Positions 38,069 to 50,170 are shown, counted from the stretch's first letter. The stretch is 55,359 bases of DNA from Thermoanaerobaculia bacterium (GCA_019911865.1 JAIOJQ010000393.1:1-55359), one strand, 5' to 3'. A program made the numbers and translations. Notes: generated by a model not told the origin, from the sequence alone.

Positions 38069-38997
38069 CGCGCGGATCCGGACAGGTCGACGACGAGGCG
38101 GCAGGCGGCGGGATCGAGCAGCGCCGGGGCGCCGAGCGGCAGGGTCCAGTTCGGTGCTGCGTGTCCCATCGGCGCCCCCCAGGCGATCGGCACTCCCGGC
38201 ACGTGCTCTCGCACCGACTCGACGATCCGCGCGAGCGGCAGGGGCGCCGTGTCCGGCGCCGGGAAAGCCCCGAGAACGATGCCGCGAACGGCGGCCAGAC
38301 TACCGGAGAGGCGCAGGTGGGTCAACATTCGATCGATGCGGTAGAGCGGCTCCGCGACGTCCTCGAGTGCGAGCAGCGAACCCGCGAGTCCCGCCTGCCA
38401 GGCGGTTCCGAGAGTCGACTGCAGGAGGCTCAGGCAGCCGCCCAGCAACGGCGCGCGCACGGGCGCCGGGTCGGCCGCCACGCAGCCGGCGAGCGGCACG
38501 GCGAGCACGCCGCCGCCACCCAGCGCGGCGAGCAGCGAACGCTCCTCCTCCGCCTCCAGGCCGCGCGCCAGGTCGGTCGCGACCATCGGCCCGTGGAACA
38601 CCACCAGCCCGAGGCGCGCCACCACCGCGAGCAGGAACGGCGTGAGGTCCGAATAGCCGACCCAGGCCCGCGGCACGCGCGCCAGACGATTCCAGTCGAT
38701 GCCCGGCAGGAGACGCAGCAGTCCGTGGCCGCCGCGGGCGAAGAAGATGGCGCGCACCTCGGGGTCGTCGGCGAGCTCGTGGAACGCCGCCAGCCGGCTC
38801 GCGTCGTCGCCGGCGAACATCCGGTGGCGGGATGCGAGGTTGCGCGCCGGTCGGGGATCGAATCCGAGCCGCGCGAGGGCCGCCATGCCGGCCTCGAGCC
38901 GCCCTGCGTCGACCGGACCGGAGAGCGCCGCGACGCCGACGGCGTCGCCCGGTTCGAGCGGCGGCGGGAAACGGAAGGAACCGGGGCGAGGAGGCAA
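38065..38997 (-). CDS. ldcA: LD-carboxypeptidase (S66 family, muropeptide recycling)
   Basis: LEPGDAVGVAALSGP, AIFFARGGHG, nucleophile motif VGYSDLT. The track ORF (to 39156) and its internal ATG at 39057 both lie inside the RNase P RNA. TTG at 38997 is the first start codon downstream of rnpB and gives about 310 aa, the typical size. Confidence 0.75.
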   Translation of the reverse strand: MPPRPGSFRFPPPLEPGDAVGVAALSGPVDAGRLEAGMAALARLGFDPRPARNLASRHRMFAGDDASRLAAFHELADDPEVRAIFFARGGHGLLRLLPGIDWNRLARVPRAWVGYSDLTPFLLAVVARLGLVVFHGPMVATDLARGLEAEEERSLLAALGGGGVLAVPLAGCVAADPAPVRAPLLGGCLSLLQSTLGTAWQAGLAGSLLALEDVAEPLYRIDRMLTHLRLSGSLAAVRGIVLGAFPAPDTAPLPLARIVESVREHVPGVPIAWGAPMGHAAPNWTLPLGAPALLDPAACRLVVDLSGSAR

Positions 38998-39000
38998 AGG

Positions 39001-39398
<398 letters not shown>

Positions 39399-39404
39399 AG
39401 GGTC

Positions 39405-39410
39405 ATTCTA
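39405..39410 (-). promoter_or_regulatory. Probable -10 box (TAGAAT) of rnpB, 6 nt upstream of the P1 5' end
   Basis: Minus strand reads cctgcTAGAATgaccctGGTCGGAGG. Any -35 would lie inside the 3' end of the upstream J-like/TPR gene. Confidence 0.4.
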
Positions 39411-39424
39411 GCAGGATACGCCCG

Positions 39425-40864
39425 TCAGGCCCGACGGAAGAGGCGTGCCAGGAAGCCCTTGCTCTCCTTTTTCTCCGCCTCGCCAGCGGCTCCCAGGCCG
39501 GCCAGCCGGGCGGTGGCCTCGGCGTGCCCCGGCGCCGAGCGCAGGACGGCCGCGTACTGCGCCCTGGCCCGCTCCGGATCGCCACACTCCTGGTAAAGGC
39601 GCCCCGACTCCAGCCGCACCTCGACGTTGTGCGGGTCGAGCAGCAGGGCCTGGCGGTAACTCTCGATCGCCCGCCGCTGCCAGTTCGGGTTGCGCGCCTG
39701 CTGGCGGGCGAGCGTCCACCAGTACTCCGCCCGTGGATCGACCTTGACCGCCTGTTCGAGCAGCAGGATCGCGTTGTGGGGATCCTCCGCCGCGGCATAA
39801 GCGACGGCTCGCTCGAACTGGCCGCGCGCCAGGTCGCGAACCTCGGCGGCACGGCGGTCCTGGTCGACAGCGTCCGGCTGCATTTCGATCATCTGGCGGG
39901 CGTTGTAGCGCCGGCGCAGCTCCGGATCGAGCAGGGTTTCGTAAGCCTCGGTGGCGCGCGCGAAGAGGAGGCGCAGCGCCGACTCGCCGCCGGGCAGCTC
40001 GAGCCGGGCGGCGTGCGAGGGGTGGACGAGGCGCGCCAGATCCTCGTAGCCGGCGTGGATCTCCTCGACCGTGGCGGCCGAATCGATGCCGAGCAGCTCG
40101 TAGTGGTCGAGCCCGCCGTGCCGCGAGATCAGGTCGACCGCCCGCTGGCGGTGCGTCTCGAGCGCCATCGACAGGGGCCGGTCAGTGAGGCTGCGTGCGA
40201 TCCTCTCGGCAAGGCCGGCCACGACCTCGGGGCGGCCGGCGCCCTGCGGACCGGGGGCCGACTCCGCGACCACGACGCCGAGCCACTGCAGCTGGGCGAG
40301 GTGTCGAACCGCGGCCTCGCGTGGAAAGGGATTGCCGTCGAGCAGCTCGGCGATCGGCATCGGGCGGCGCAGCCGCTCGAGGAGGTACTGCTCCTCGGGG
40401 TGGAATCCGAGCGCATCGATGAAGGCAGCCGGCCGCTCGACGCCGCGAATCCGAGTCCCCAGACCCGCGAGGCGGCGTTCGAGCTCGGCCGGTTCGACCC
40501 CGATCACGCTGCCGACCATCAGCAGCCGGGCGGTCGGCAGCGGCCCCACCAGGTCGGCGGGCAGCGCGGCGAGCCCTTCGACCAGGCGGCTCGCGCCGGC
40601 GTCCCAGCCGAACAGGTGCCCGGCAATGCGCGAAACCAGCTCCAGCAGCGCGTCACGGACCGACTGGGAGGGGCTGCGCTCCAGCGCGTCGAGAGACTGC
40701 GCCAACTGTCTCCCGAGCGGATGCCCGCCGGGCAGCCAGAGATCGCCTTCGCGCAGGTGCAGGCGGCGCGGCTGCTCCCCCGCAACGAGCTCGAGCAGGC
40801 CGCTGGCCCGCCGGCGGCGCAGCGCGGCCAGCAGTTCGAAGACGGAACCGGAGTCGGGGTTCAT
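39425..40864 (-). CDS. Multidomain protein: DUF4388-like N-terminus, degenerate J domain (HPS instead of HPD), C-terminal TPR repeats
   Basis: N-terminus VFELLAALRRRRASGLLELVAGEQPRRLHLREGDL. J-like segment HYELLGIDSAATVEEIHAGYEDLARLVHPSHAA...EAYETLLDPELRRRYN. TPR segment AILLLEQAVKVDPRAEYWWTLA..., YRQALLLDPHNVEVRLESGRLY... Confidence 0.7.
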   Translation of the reverse strand: MNPDSGSVFELLAALRRRRASGLLELVAGEQPRRLHLREGDLWLPGGHPLGRQLAQSLDALERSPSQSVRDALLELVSRIAGHLFGWDAGASRLVEGLAALPADLVGPLPTARLLMVGSVIGVEPAELERRLAGLGTRIRGVERPAAFIDALGFHPEEQYLLERLRRPMPIAELLDGNPFPREAAVRHLAQLQWLGVVVAESAPGPQGAGRPEVVAGLAERIARSLTDRPLSMALETHRQRAVDLISRHGGLDHYELLGIDSAATVEEIHAGYEDLARLVHPSHAARLELPGGESALRLLFARATEAYETLLDPELRRRYNARQMIEMQPDAVDQDRRAAEVRDLARGQFERAVAYAAAEDPHNAILLLEQAVKVDPRAEYWWTLARQQARNPNWQRRAIESYRQALLLDPHNVEVRLESGRLYQECGDPERARAQYAAVLRSAPGHAEATARLAGLGAAGEAEKKESKGFLARLFRRA

Positions 40865-40885
40865 GCCGGAGATCTCGCCGGGATC

Positions 40886-42803
40886 CTAGCCGACTTTCGG
40901 CCCTTGGCCGTCGGTGCCCGGTTCCGCCAGCTGCGGATCCTCCGCCCCGACCGCCGGCTCCCCTTCGGTCGCCGACAACGCGTCCCGCAGGCGGCCGGCG
41001 AGAACCGGCCCGACCGCGGCGCGCAACTCCTCGGCCGGCGCCTCGCGAACCGCCGCGAGGGTGCCGAAACGCCGCAGCAGCTCGCGTCGCCGCACCGGGC
41101 CGATGCCGGGAATGTCGTCGAGCAGGCTGCGCAGACTCCGCTTCGACCGCCGGGCGCGATGACGCGCCAGGGCAAAGCGGTGGGTCTCGTCGCGGATCTG
41201 CTGCAGCAGGCGCAGCCCGCGGTCGGCGCGCGGCAGGCGCAGCGGCTCGACGACGCCGGGCAGATGGAGCTCTTCCTCCCGCTTGGCGAGGCCGACTACC
41301 GGCAGGTCGTCGATGCCGAGCCTGCCGAGCGCCGCCAGCGCCGCGTTGAGCTGCCCCCGCCCGCCGTCGATCAGCACGAGGTCGGGCAGCAAACCTCCCT
41401 CCTCGTCGAGCAGCCGGCGATAGCGTCGCTCGACGGCCTGCTCGATCGAGCGGAAATCATCCGGACCGGCGAGTCCGCGGATGTTGAACGAACGGTACTC
41501 CCCCTTGCGCAGCTTCCCCTGTCGCCAGACGATCAGCGAAGCGACCGACTCGCTGCCCTGCGTGTTCGAGATATCGAAGCCTTCGATCCAACGCGGCGGC
41601 TCGGCCAGGCCGAGCGCCGCCGCGAGCGCCACGGCCCCCTCCTCCTCTGCCAGCGCGCCGCGGAAGCGACGCCGGAACGCGTACTCCGCGTCGCGCGCGG
41701 CGGCCTCCATCCGTTCGGCCTTCGGTCCGCGCGCCGGGTAACGCAGGTGGACCTTCCGTCCCCGCCGCTCCGCGAGCCAGGCGACCAGAGCCTCTTCGCC
41801 GTCGATGGTGGCCGGCAGGTGGATCTCGTCGGGCAGGAATCCGGTCCGGTCGTAGATCTGCGGCAGCAACTCCGAGAGAAGGCTCTCGGGAGTGACCTCC
41901 GCCTCTCCCTCCCAGAACAGCTCCCGGCGATCGAGGATCTGGCCGCCGCGCATGACGAGGATCGACACCGCCGCCTGGCCGCCGTGAATAGAGACGCCGA
42001 AGATGTCCACGTCCTCGGCGGCGAGCGAAGCGAGCGTCGCTCGTCCGCCCTGGGCCTCGAGCTCTCGCAGCAGGTCCCGCAGGCGGGCGGCGCGCTCGTA
42101 GTCGAGCGCCTCCGCCGCCGCTCCCATCTCGGATCGCAGGCGACGCACCAGCGGCTCGATCTTCCCGCCGAGGAAGAGTCGGGTGTCATCGACCGCGCGC
42201 TGGTAGGCGTCCGGAGTCGTCAGACTCGCCACGCAGGGGCCGAGACACCGCTTGAGATCCCAGTACAGGCAGGGGCGGGTCAGGCCGCCGTCGATCTCGA
42301 GATCGCAGACCCGCACGCCGAACAGCTGCTGGGCGAGCCGGATGGCACGCCGCGCCAGCCCGCCGGGCAGATAGGGGCCGAAGTACTCGCCGCCGTCGTC
42401 GACCACCTTGCGGGTGAACATCAGGCGCGGCCACGCCTCCCGGGTGAGCTTCACGTAGGGGTAAGTCTTGTCGTCACGCAGCAGGACGTTGTACGGCGGC
42501 CGCCGCTGCTTGATGAAGTTGTTCTCCAGCAGCAGCGCGTCGAGCTCCGAGCCGGTGACGAGATGCTCGATCTCGGTCGCCGCCGCGACCATGTTCGCCA
42601 GCCGCGGCTCCAGCTCGCGATGGAGATACGACGCGACGCGCCGGCGGAGGGATTTCGCCTTGCCGACGTAGAGCGTTCGGCTCTCCGCGTCGACGAAGAA
42701 GTAGATGCCGGCCTGGTCGGGCAGCGCCTCGACGCGCGAGCGCAGGTGCGCCAGTCGTCGCTGGTCGTCCGCGGGAGGGACGGCGGGAGCGGCCGCCGGG
42801 GGG

Positions 42804-42814
<11 letters not shown>
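40886..42814 (-). CDS. uvrC: Excinuclease ABC subunit C
   Basis: GIY-YIG motif [29 protein letters not shown] domain [15 protein letters not shown], an Endo V-like domain and a C-terminal (HhH)2. The ATG start overlaps the uvrB 3' end by 11 nt. Confidence 0.92.
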
Positions 42815-44794
<1,980 letters not shown>

Positions 44795-44798
<4 letters not shown>

Positions 44799-45319
44799 GG
44801 CGATTCTGCGGCCGGCGGAGCGGCCTCCGGCTCGCCGTCCTCTGCCTCCCCGGCCTCCGGCGCGGGCAGCAGTCCGCCGACCCGCTCCAGCGTCGACAAC
44901 AGGTCGAGGACATCGTCGCGCGTCAAATCGCCGCGCGGTGCCTTGGTGCTCGCCGACTGAAGCTGCAGCTGCATCGCCTTGAGCGCCGGCACCTCGACCT
45001 GGCCCGCGCGCACCCGCGCCACCGCGGCCTCGAAGCCGCGCTCGAGGCGCTCGCGCTCTTCCGGCGTGACGTCGGCCGGCAGCGCGGTGAGGACCTGATC
45101 GCGCAGCTGGTTCATCGTCCAGCCGAAAATCGCGCCCGCCTTGACCACGAAGACGATCGCCGCGATGCCGAGCAACACCAGCAGCGCCGTGCAGCCGATC
45201 ATCACCGGGCGGCCGCAGCCTCCCGGGGCGCGGCGCGGTGCCGCGTCGAACGGCGGACGGGGGATCGCCGGCGGTGGCGCGCCCGGCGGTGGCGGCGGAG
45301 TCGGAGGCGTTTCCACCAT
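44795..45319 (-). CDS. Single-pass membrane protein with proline-rich N-terminus and acidic C-terminal tail, unknown function
   Basis: [24 protein letters not shown]..., TM segment [21 protein letters not shown], a helical domain, and the tail [21 protein letters not shown]. The start is either ATG at 45319 or GTG at 45340. Confidence 0.5.
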
Positions 45320-45330
45320 GCGCCCGAGTC

Positions 45331-45336
45331 TATAAT
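45331..45336 (+). promoter_or_regulatory. Perfect TATAAT -10 hexamer 6 nt upstream of the PBP1A GTG (leaderless-type geometry)
   Basis: Plus strand reads gagtcTATAATccacggGTGccgatc. A perfect TATAAT is rare at this GC content, and this one sits in the 2-23-nt divergent gap. Confidence 0.35.
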
Positions 45337-45342
45337 CCACGG

Positions 45343-47769
45343 GTGCCGATCGCCGTCGTCCGCTCCGCCCCCCGCCCGGACTCCGCAGCTCGCCGCCCGA
45401 CCCGCCGCTGGGCGCGCTGGCTCGTGCCGCTGGTCCTCGCCAGTTTCGCGGGAGGCGTCGTCGGCATCGGCGTCGCGGCGGCGATCCGGGTGCCCAACGT
45501 CGACGAGATCGCGCGGTTCAGCCCCCGGCTGGTCACCCGCCTGGTCGACACCGGGGGACGGACGATCGCCACTTACGCCCGGGAGCGCCGGCTGCTGCTG
45601 CGCGAGGGTGAGCTGCCGGAGCAGCTGCAGAACTCCATCCTCGCGGCCGAAGACGCGCAATTCTTCACCCACGGCGGCATCGACCTGTTCGGCATCATGC
45701 GTTCGATGGCGGTCAACTTCCAGCGCGGCCGCCGCGCCCAGGGCGCCTCGACGATCACCATGCAGCTCGCCCGTCAGCTCATGGGACGACGGGAGAAGAC
45801 CTGGGAGCGCAAGATCACCGAGGCGCTGCTCGCCGTCGAGCTCGAGAAGCGGCTCTCCAAACAGCAGATCCTCACCCTCTACTCGAACATCGCTTTCGTC
45901 GGCCACGGCAACTACGGCATGGAGGCCGCGGCGCGCGACTACTTCGGCCGCGGCGTCGCCGAGCTGAGCCTCGCGGAGTCGGCGACCCTCGCCGGCATCG
46001 TCCAGCGCCCCAGTGACTTCAACCCCTACCGCCAGCCCGAGCGCGTGGTGGCGCGGCGCAACTACGTCCTGCGGCGCATGCTCGAAGAGGGATTCATCGA
46101 CCGGAAGACGCACGACGCCACGGTGCTCGAGCCGCTGGTGCTGTCGCGCCAGCGCCCGCCGCGCGAGCTGGGCGCCTACTTCACCGAGGCGGTGCGCCGG
46201 CGTCTGGAGGAGAAATTCGGCGCCGAGCGCCTCTACTCCGAGGGCTTCGAGGTCCGCACGACGCTCGACTCGCGGGTCCAGTCGGCGGCCGAGACTGCTC
46301 TGCGCGAGGGACTGCTGCGACTCGACCACCGGCGGGGCTGGCGCGGTCCGCTGGCGCGCGGCGAGAGTCTCCTGCTGACCGCCGACGAGATCGAGCTGCG
46401 CGCCGGGCGGAATCCGATTCCCGACCAGTGGCAGGCCGGCCTGGTCGTCGCCGTCGATGCCTCGGCCGCCGTCGTGCGCACCGGCGCCGGTGACGCGCGG
46501 CTGGAGCGCGACGGTGTCGCGTGGACCGGCCGGCGGGACGTCGATTCGGTGCTGCGTGCCGGTGACCTGATCTGGGTGCGGGCCGAGAGCGACGAGGCGG
46601 GAGCCCAGCACTGGCGGCTCGAGCAGGAGCCGGAGATCGAAGGGGCACTGCTGGTCGTGGAGTCCGCCAGCGGGGCGATCCGCGGCCTGGTCGGCGGCTG
46701 GGACTTCAAGCGCAGCAAGTTCGACCGCGCCCTGCAGGCCGAGCGCCAGGTCGGCTCGGCCTTCAAGCCGTTCGTCTTCGGCGCCGCTTTCGAGAACGGT
46801 TTCACCCCCGCCGACCGCATTTTCGACGCGCCGGCGGTCTTCCTCGGTGCCGACGGCCTGCCCAGTTACAGCCCGCGCAACTACTACCGGCGCTACTCCG
46901 GCATCATGACGCTGCGCCGCGCCCTCGAGCAGTCGGTCAACGTTCCGGCGGTCAAGCTCCTCGATCTGGTCGGAGTCCAGCGGGTGGCCGAGTTCGCGCG
47001 CCGCTGCGGCGTCACCTCGGCGCTGCCCCCGTACCCCAGCCTGGCGCTCGGCTCGGCCGACCTGCTGCCGATCGAGCTCGCCTCCGCCTACGGTGCGATC
47101 GCCAATCAGGGAGTGCACGTCCGCCCCTACCTGATCGAGGAGATCCGGCGCCCCGACGGCGGCCTGCTCGAATCGCACCAGGTCGAGGCGAGCAAGGCGA
47201 TGGATCCGGCGATCGCCTACCTGCTCACCCGCGTCCTCGAGGGGGTGGTCGATCGCGGCACGGCGGGGCGCCTGGCCGATCTGCCGTTAGCGATCGCCGG
47301 CAAGACCGGCACCACCAACGATTACACCGACGCCTGGTTCGTCGGCTTCACGCCGCGCTACACGATCCTCACGTGGGTCGGCCGCGACCAGAAGAAACCG
47401 ATCGGCAACCGCATGACCGGTGCCGAGGCGGCGTTGCCGATCTGGCGCCGGCTGGCCGAGATCGGCCTCGCCGAGGAGTGGCTCGTTTCCGGCGAGATCT
47501 TCCCGATGCCGGCCGGTGTCGAGCTGCGGGGGATCGATGCGATCACCGGCCTGCTGGCGGCTCCCGGGGCATCGAGGGTGATCGAAGAGGCATTCCTGCT
47601 CGGCACCGGCCCGGTCGAGGCCTGGCAGCCGCGCCAGGCCACCATCCAGTCCCTCCCCTGGCCGCAGCAGCTGGCCTTCTACCAGCCGCGTCCGGGCGAG
47701 CGGATGCCCGGCGACTTCGCGCTCGATCCGGAGATTCTCGCCGAGCGCGGCGAAGAGGCCGGCGACTGA
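45343..47769 (+). CDS. mrcA: Penicillin-binding protein 1A (bifunctional GT51 glycosyltransferase / transpeptidase)
   Basis: GTG at 45343. TM anchor WLVPLVLASFAGGVVGIGVAAAI. GT51 motifs EDAQFFTHGGID, GASTITMQLAR, RKITEALLA. Transpeptidase motifs SAFKPF (SxxK), SPRN and KTGTTNDYTDAWFVGF. The track ORF begins 35 codons upstream, inside the divergent gene. Confidence 0.9.
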   Translation: MPIAVVRSAPRPDSAARRPTRRWARWLVPLVLASFAGGVVGIGVAAAIRVPNVDEIARFSPRLVTRLVDTGGRTIATYARERRLLLREGELPEQLQNSILAAEDAQFFTHGGIDLFGIMRSMAVNFQRGRRAQGASTITMQLARQLMGRREKTWERKITEALLAVELEKRLSKQQILTLYSNIAFVGHGNYGMEAAARDYFGRGVAELSLAESATLAGIVQRPSDFNPYRQPERVVARRNYVLRRMLEEGFIDRKTHDATVLEPLVLSRQRPPRELGAYFTEAVRRRLEEKFGAERLYSEGFEVRTTLDSRVQSAAETALREGLLRLDHRRGWRGPLARGESLLLTADEIELRAGRNPIPDQWQAGLVVAVDASAAVVRTGAGDARLERDGVAWTGRRDVDSVLRAGDLIWVRAESDEAGAQHWRLEQEPEIEGALLVVESASGAIRGLVGGWDFKRSKFDRALQAERQVGSAFKPFVFGAAFENGFTPADRIFDAPAVFLGADGLPSYSPRNYYRRYSGIMTLRRALEQSVNVPAVKLLDLVGVQRVAEFARRCGVTSALPPYPSLALGSADLLPIELASAYGAIANQGVHVRPYLIEEIRRPDGGLLESHQVEASKAMDPAIAYLLTRVLEGVVDRGTAGRLADLPLAIAGKTGTTNDYTDAWFVGFTPRYTILTWVGRDQKKPIGNRMTGAEAALPIWRRLAEIGLAEEWLVSGEIFPMPAGVELRGIDAITGLLAAPGASRVIEEAFLLGTGPVEAWQPRQATIQSLPWPQQLAFYQPRPGERMPGDFALDPEILAERGEEAGD

Positions 47770-47775
47770 CCCGCG

Positions 47776-48981
47776 TCAGCCGCGCGGCGGGCGGGTGCCC
47801 ACCAGCGCGTAGTCCTGATGGCCCCAGATCATCTCGTCGAGGCGGTCCCGGACCTCGTTGAAGCGGTGCGCCAGGTCGCGCTGCTCGGCGGGGAGCTGTT
47901 CGATGTCGATCTCGGGGAGCCGCTGCTCGGCCACGAAAGGACGCAAGTCGATCCGCTCGACCGGATCGAAGCCGGCGAGGTCGTAGATCATCCGCAGCGT
48001 GTCGGGGTGAACCGGGCGGCGATGCGTCGGGTCGACCCAGAAGTTGCGCGCCGCCACCACCAGCGAGAGCGGATTCGGAGTTTCGAGAACCAGCACGCCT
48101 CCGGGCGCCAGGGCGCGCCAGGCGAGACGGACGAGCCGGTCGACGTCGGCCGGGTCGAGGTGCTCGATGACGTGAAACGAGACGATGCCGCCGAGCGACT
48201 CCGCAGTCACGGTCTCCAAAGCGTCGAAGAGATTCTTCCGCTCGGCGCGCAGTCCCTTGCGCAGGCACTCCTCCACCATCGACTCCGAGAGGTCGACGCC
48301 GCGTGCCGCGATTCCCTGTTCGCCGAGAATCGCCAGCGCTTCGCCGCGGCCGCAGCCCAGGTCGAGTACCTCTCCCTTGCCGGGGAGGAATCGGAGGTAA
48401 GGACGGATGCGGCCCGCGATGTCCTCCTGGGTGCCGCGGAATCGCTTCTCGAGCTCGAGGTAGTCCTGCTCCTCGCGGCCACGCACGGCGCCCGCGGCGC
48501 CCCCCTTCTCCGTCGCCGCGACGACGGCCGAGAAGCGGGCCCAGGTCTCGCGCGACTCGCGGCGCAGGAAATCGAGCTTCTGGTCGGCGCGCGCGAAGAG
48601 AGCGTCGTTGTGCGACATCACCTCGTGAAGACCTTCCGCCCAGACGGCTTCGAGGTGATTGAGACGGTGCTCGTGGATGTCGAGGACGACGTGCCGCGTC
48701 TCCTCGCCCCGCTGGAGGTACTCGAGCAGGACGAGGTTGAAAACCCGCTGGCGTTCCCAGAGGTCGGCCTGCGGACTGACGACGAAAGGTCGAAAAAGCC
48801 GCTTGGCGGCGACGATGAGGCGCCCCAGAAAGCCGCGATGGCTGCGGATCGGGAACCGACGGTCCCCGTCCCACAGCCATCGCCACTCGGGCAGGTCGCG
48901 GGTCGGGGTCCCCAGGAACCGTTCGATCGCCGGCGGCGCCGGCTCCCGCGCGTCCCCCGGTCCGGGATCCCCGCCCGACAC
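47776..48981 (-). CDS. Class I SAM-dependent methyltransferase with a ~200-aa helical N-terminal extension
   Basis: Motif I VLDLGCGRGEALAILG, post-I DLSESMV, FHVIEHL, PGGVLVLETPN. The N-terminal half has no domain I recognise. The GTG start lies 4 nt after the rplI stop. Confidence 0.7.
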   Translation of the reverse strand: MSGGDPGPGDAREPAPPAIERFLGTPTRDLPEWRWLWDGDRRFPIRSHRGFLGRLIVAAKRLFRPFVVSPQADLWERQRVFNLVLLEYLQRGEETRHVVLDIHEHRLNHLEAVWAEGLHEVMSHNDALFARADQKLDFLRRESRETWARFSAVVAATEKGGAAGAVRGREEQDYLELEKRFRGTQEDIAGRIRPYLRFLPGKGEVLDLGCGRGEALAILGEQGIAARGVDLSESMVEECLRKGLRAERKNLFDALETVTAESLGGIVSFHVIEHLDPADVDRLVRLAWRALAPGGVLVLETPNPLSLVVAARNFWVDPTHRRPVHPDTLRMIYDLAGFDPVERIDLRPFVAEQRLPEIDIEQLPAEQRDLAHRFNEVRDRLDEMIWGHQDYALVGTRPPRG

Positions 48982-48985
48982 CGGA

Positions 48986-49432
48986 CTACTCTTCGGCCTC
49001 GACAGTCACCGGCAGCTCCGCGACGACTTCGGAGTGCAGGTCGATCCGCACCACGTGCTCGCCGAGGGCCTTGATGCCGCCCCCCAGATCCACCTGGCGG
49101 CGGTCGATCTCGATGCCCTGCGCGGCGAGCATGTCGACGACTTCGCCGGCGGTCACCGAGCCGTACAGGGAACCGTTCTCCATCGCCCGCTTGCGCAGCG
49201 ACAGGCGCAGCGCCGAAATCGCCGCGGCCACGCCGGCGGCTACCTCTCGCTCGCTCTCGTGCCGGGCCTCGATCTTCTTCTTCTGGTGGTCGAAGTACTT
49301 CAGGTTGCCCGGAGTCGCCTCGAGGGCGATGCCCTGCGGCAGGAGGAAATTGCGCGCGTAGCCAGGCTTGACGTCGACGACCTGTCCGCGCCGGCCACGG
49401 TGGCGCAGATCCGAGAGCAGGATGACTTTCAT
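48986..49432 (-). CDS. rplI: 50S ribosomal protein L9
   Basis: MKVILLSDLRHRGRRGQVVDVKPGYARNFLLPQGIA. 148 aa. Confidence 0.95.
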   Translation of the reverse strand: MKVILLSDLRHRGRRGQVVDVKPGYARNFLLPQGIALEATPGNLKYFDHQKKKIEARHESEREVAAGVAAAISALRLSLRKRAMENGSLYGSVTAGEVVDMLAAQGIEIDRRQVDLGGGIKALGEHVVRIDLHSEVVAELPVTVEAEE

Positions 49433-49453
49433 GGGCGTGGTCTCCTCGCTCCG

Positions 49454-49723
49454 TCAGTCCGTCGTGAACGGCAGCAGTGCCAGATGCCGCGCGCGCTTGA
49501 TCGCCGTCGAGACCATCCGCTGGTGCCGGGCGCTGTTGCCCGAGATGCGGCGCGGCAGGATCTTCGCCCGCTCGAGGATGTACTGCTGCAGGAGCTTGAC
49601 GTCCTTGTAGTCGACGTACTCGATGTGCTCGGCGCTGAAGCGGCAGACCTTGCGCCGCTTGAAGAAGGTCTTCTTCTTGCCGGCCGGCTTCTTGCCGCGT
49701 GCTCCGAATCTTCCCGGCGGCAT
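49454..49723 (-). CDS. rpsR: 30S ribosomal protein S18
   Basis: [67 protein letters not shown]. Confidence 0.95.
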   Translation of the reverse strand: MPPGRFGARGKKPAGKKKTFFKRRKVCRFSAEHIEYVDYKDVKLLQQYILERAKILPRRISGNSARHQRMVSTAIKRARHLALLPFTTD

Positions 49724-49726
49724 GGC

Positions 49727-50170
49727 TCAGGCCTCCTCGGCGGAATCCGGCGCCGAATCGGCGTCCGGCGAAGCTTCCGGCACCACCGCGGAGTCCGCGA
49801 CCGACTCGGAAGGATCGGAATGGATGGTGCGCACCGGCTGGCCGGGCCTGGCCCGTCCCGCGGCGCGCTTGAGGTCCAGGTCGGTGCGCACGGTCAGGTA
49901 CCGCAGCACCTTGTCGTTCTGACCGAGGCGCAGCTCGACCTCGGGGATGAGCGCCGAGGTCGTCGGCTCCATCTGCAGGTAGAGGAACACGTAGCGTCCC
50001 TCGGACAGCTTGCGGATCGGGTAGGCGAGCTTGCGCTTGCCCCACAGCTCCTCGCGGACGACTTCCCCGCCGCGCTGCGTGATCATCTGCTTGTACTCTT
50101 CGACGAGCGCGGAAAACTCGTCGTCGGAGAGCCTGGGATCGGCGACGATCGCCAGTTCGTAGGTTCTCAT
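49727..50170 (-). CDS. rpsF: 30S ribosomal protein S6 (with a ~45-aa acidic/Ser-Pro C-terminal extension)
   Basis: MRTYELAIVADPRLSDDEF...WGKRKLAYPIRK...GRYVFLYLQM. Shine-Dalgarno GGGAGG lies 4 nt upstream. Confidence 0.93.
   Translation of the reverse strand: MRTYELAIVADPRLSDDEFSALVEEYKQMITQRGGEVVREELWGKRKLAYPIRKLSEGRYVFLYLQMEPTTSALIPEVELRLGQNDKVLRYLTVRTDLDLKRAAGRARPGQPVRTIHSDPSESVADSAVVPEASPDADSAPDSAEEA

Noticed and set aside
49433-49726. Absence of ssb/priB between rpsF and rpsR as an anomaly
   Set aside because: rpsF-rpsR-rplI without an intervening ssb/priB occurs in many lineages and is not informative on its own.
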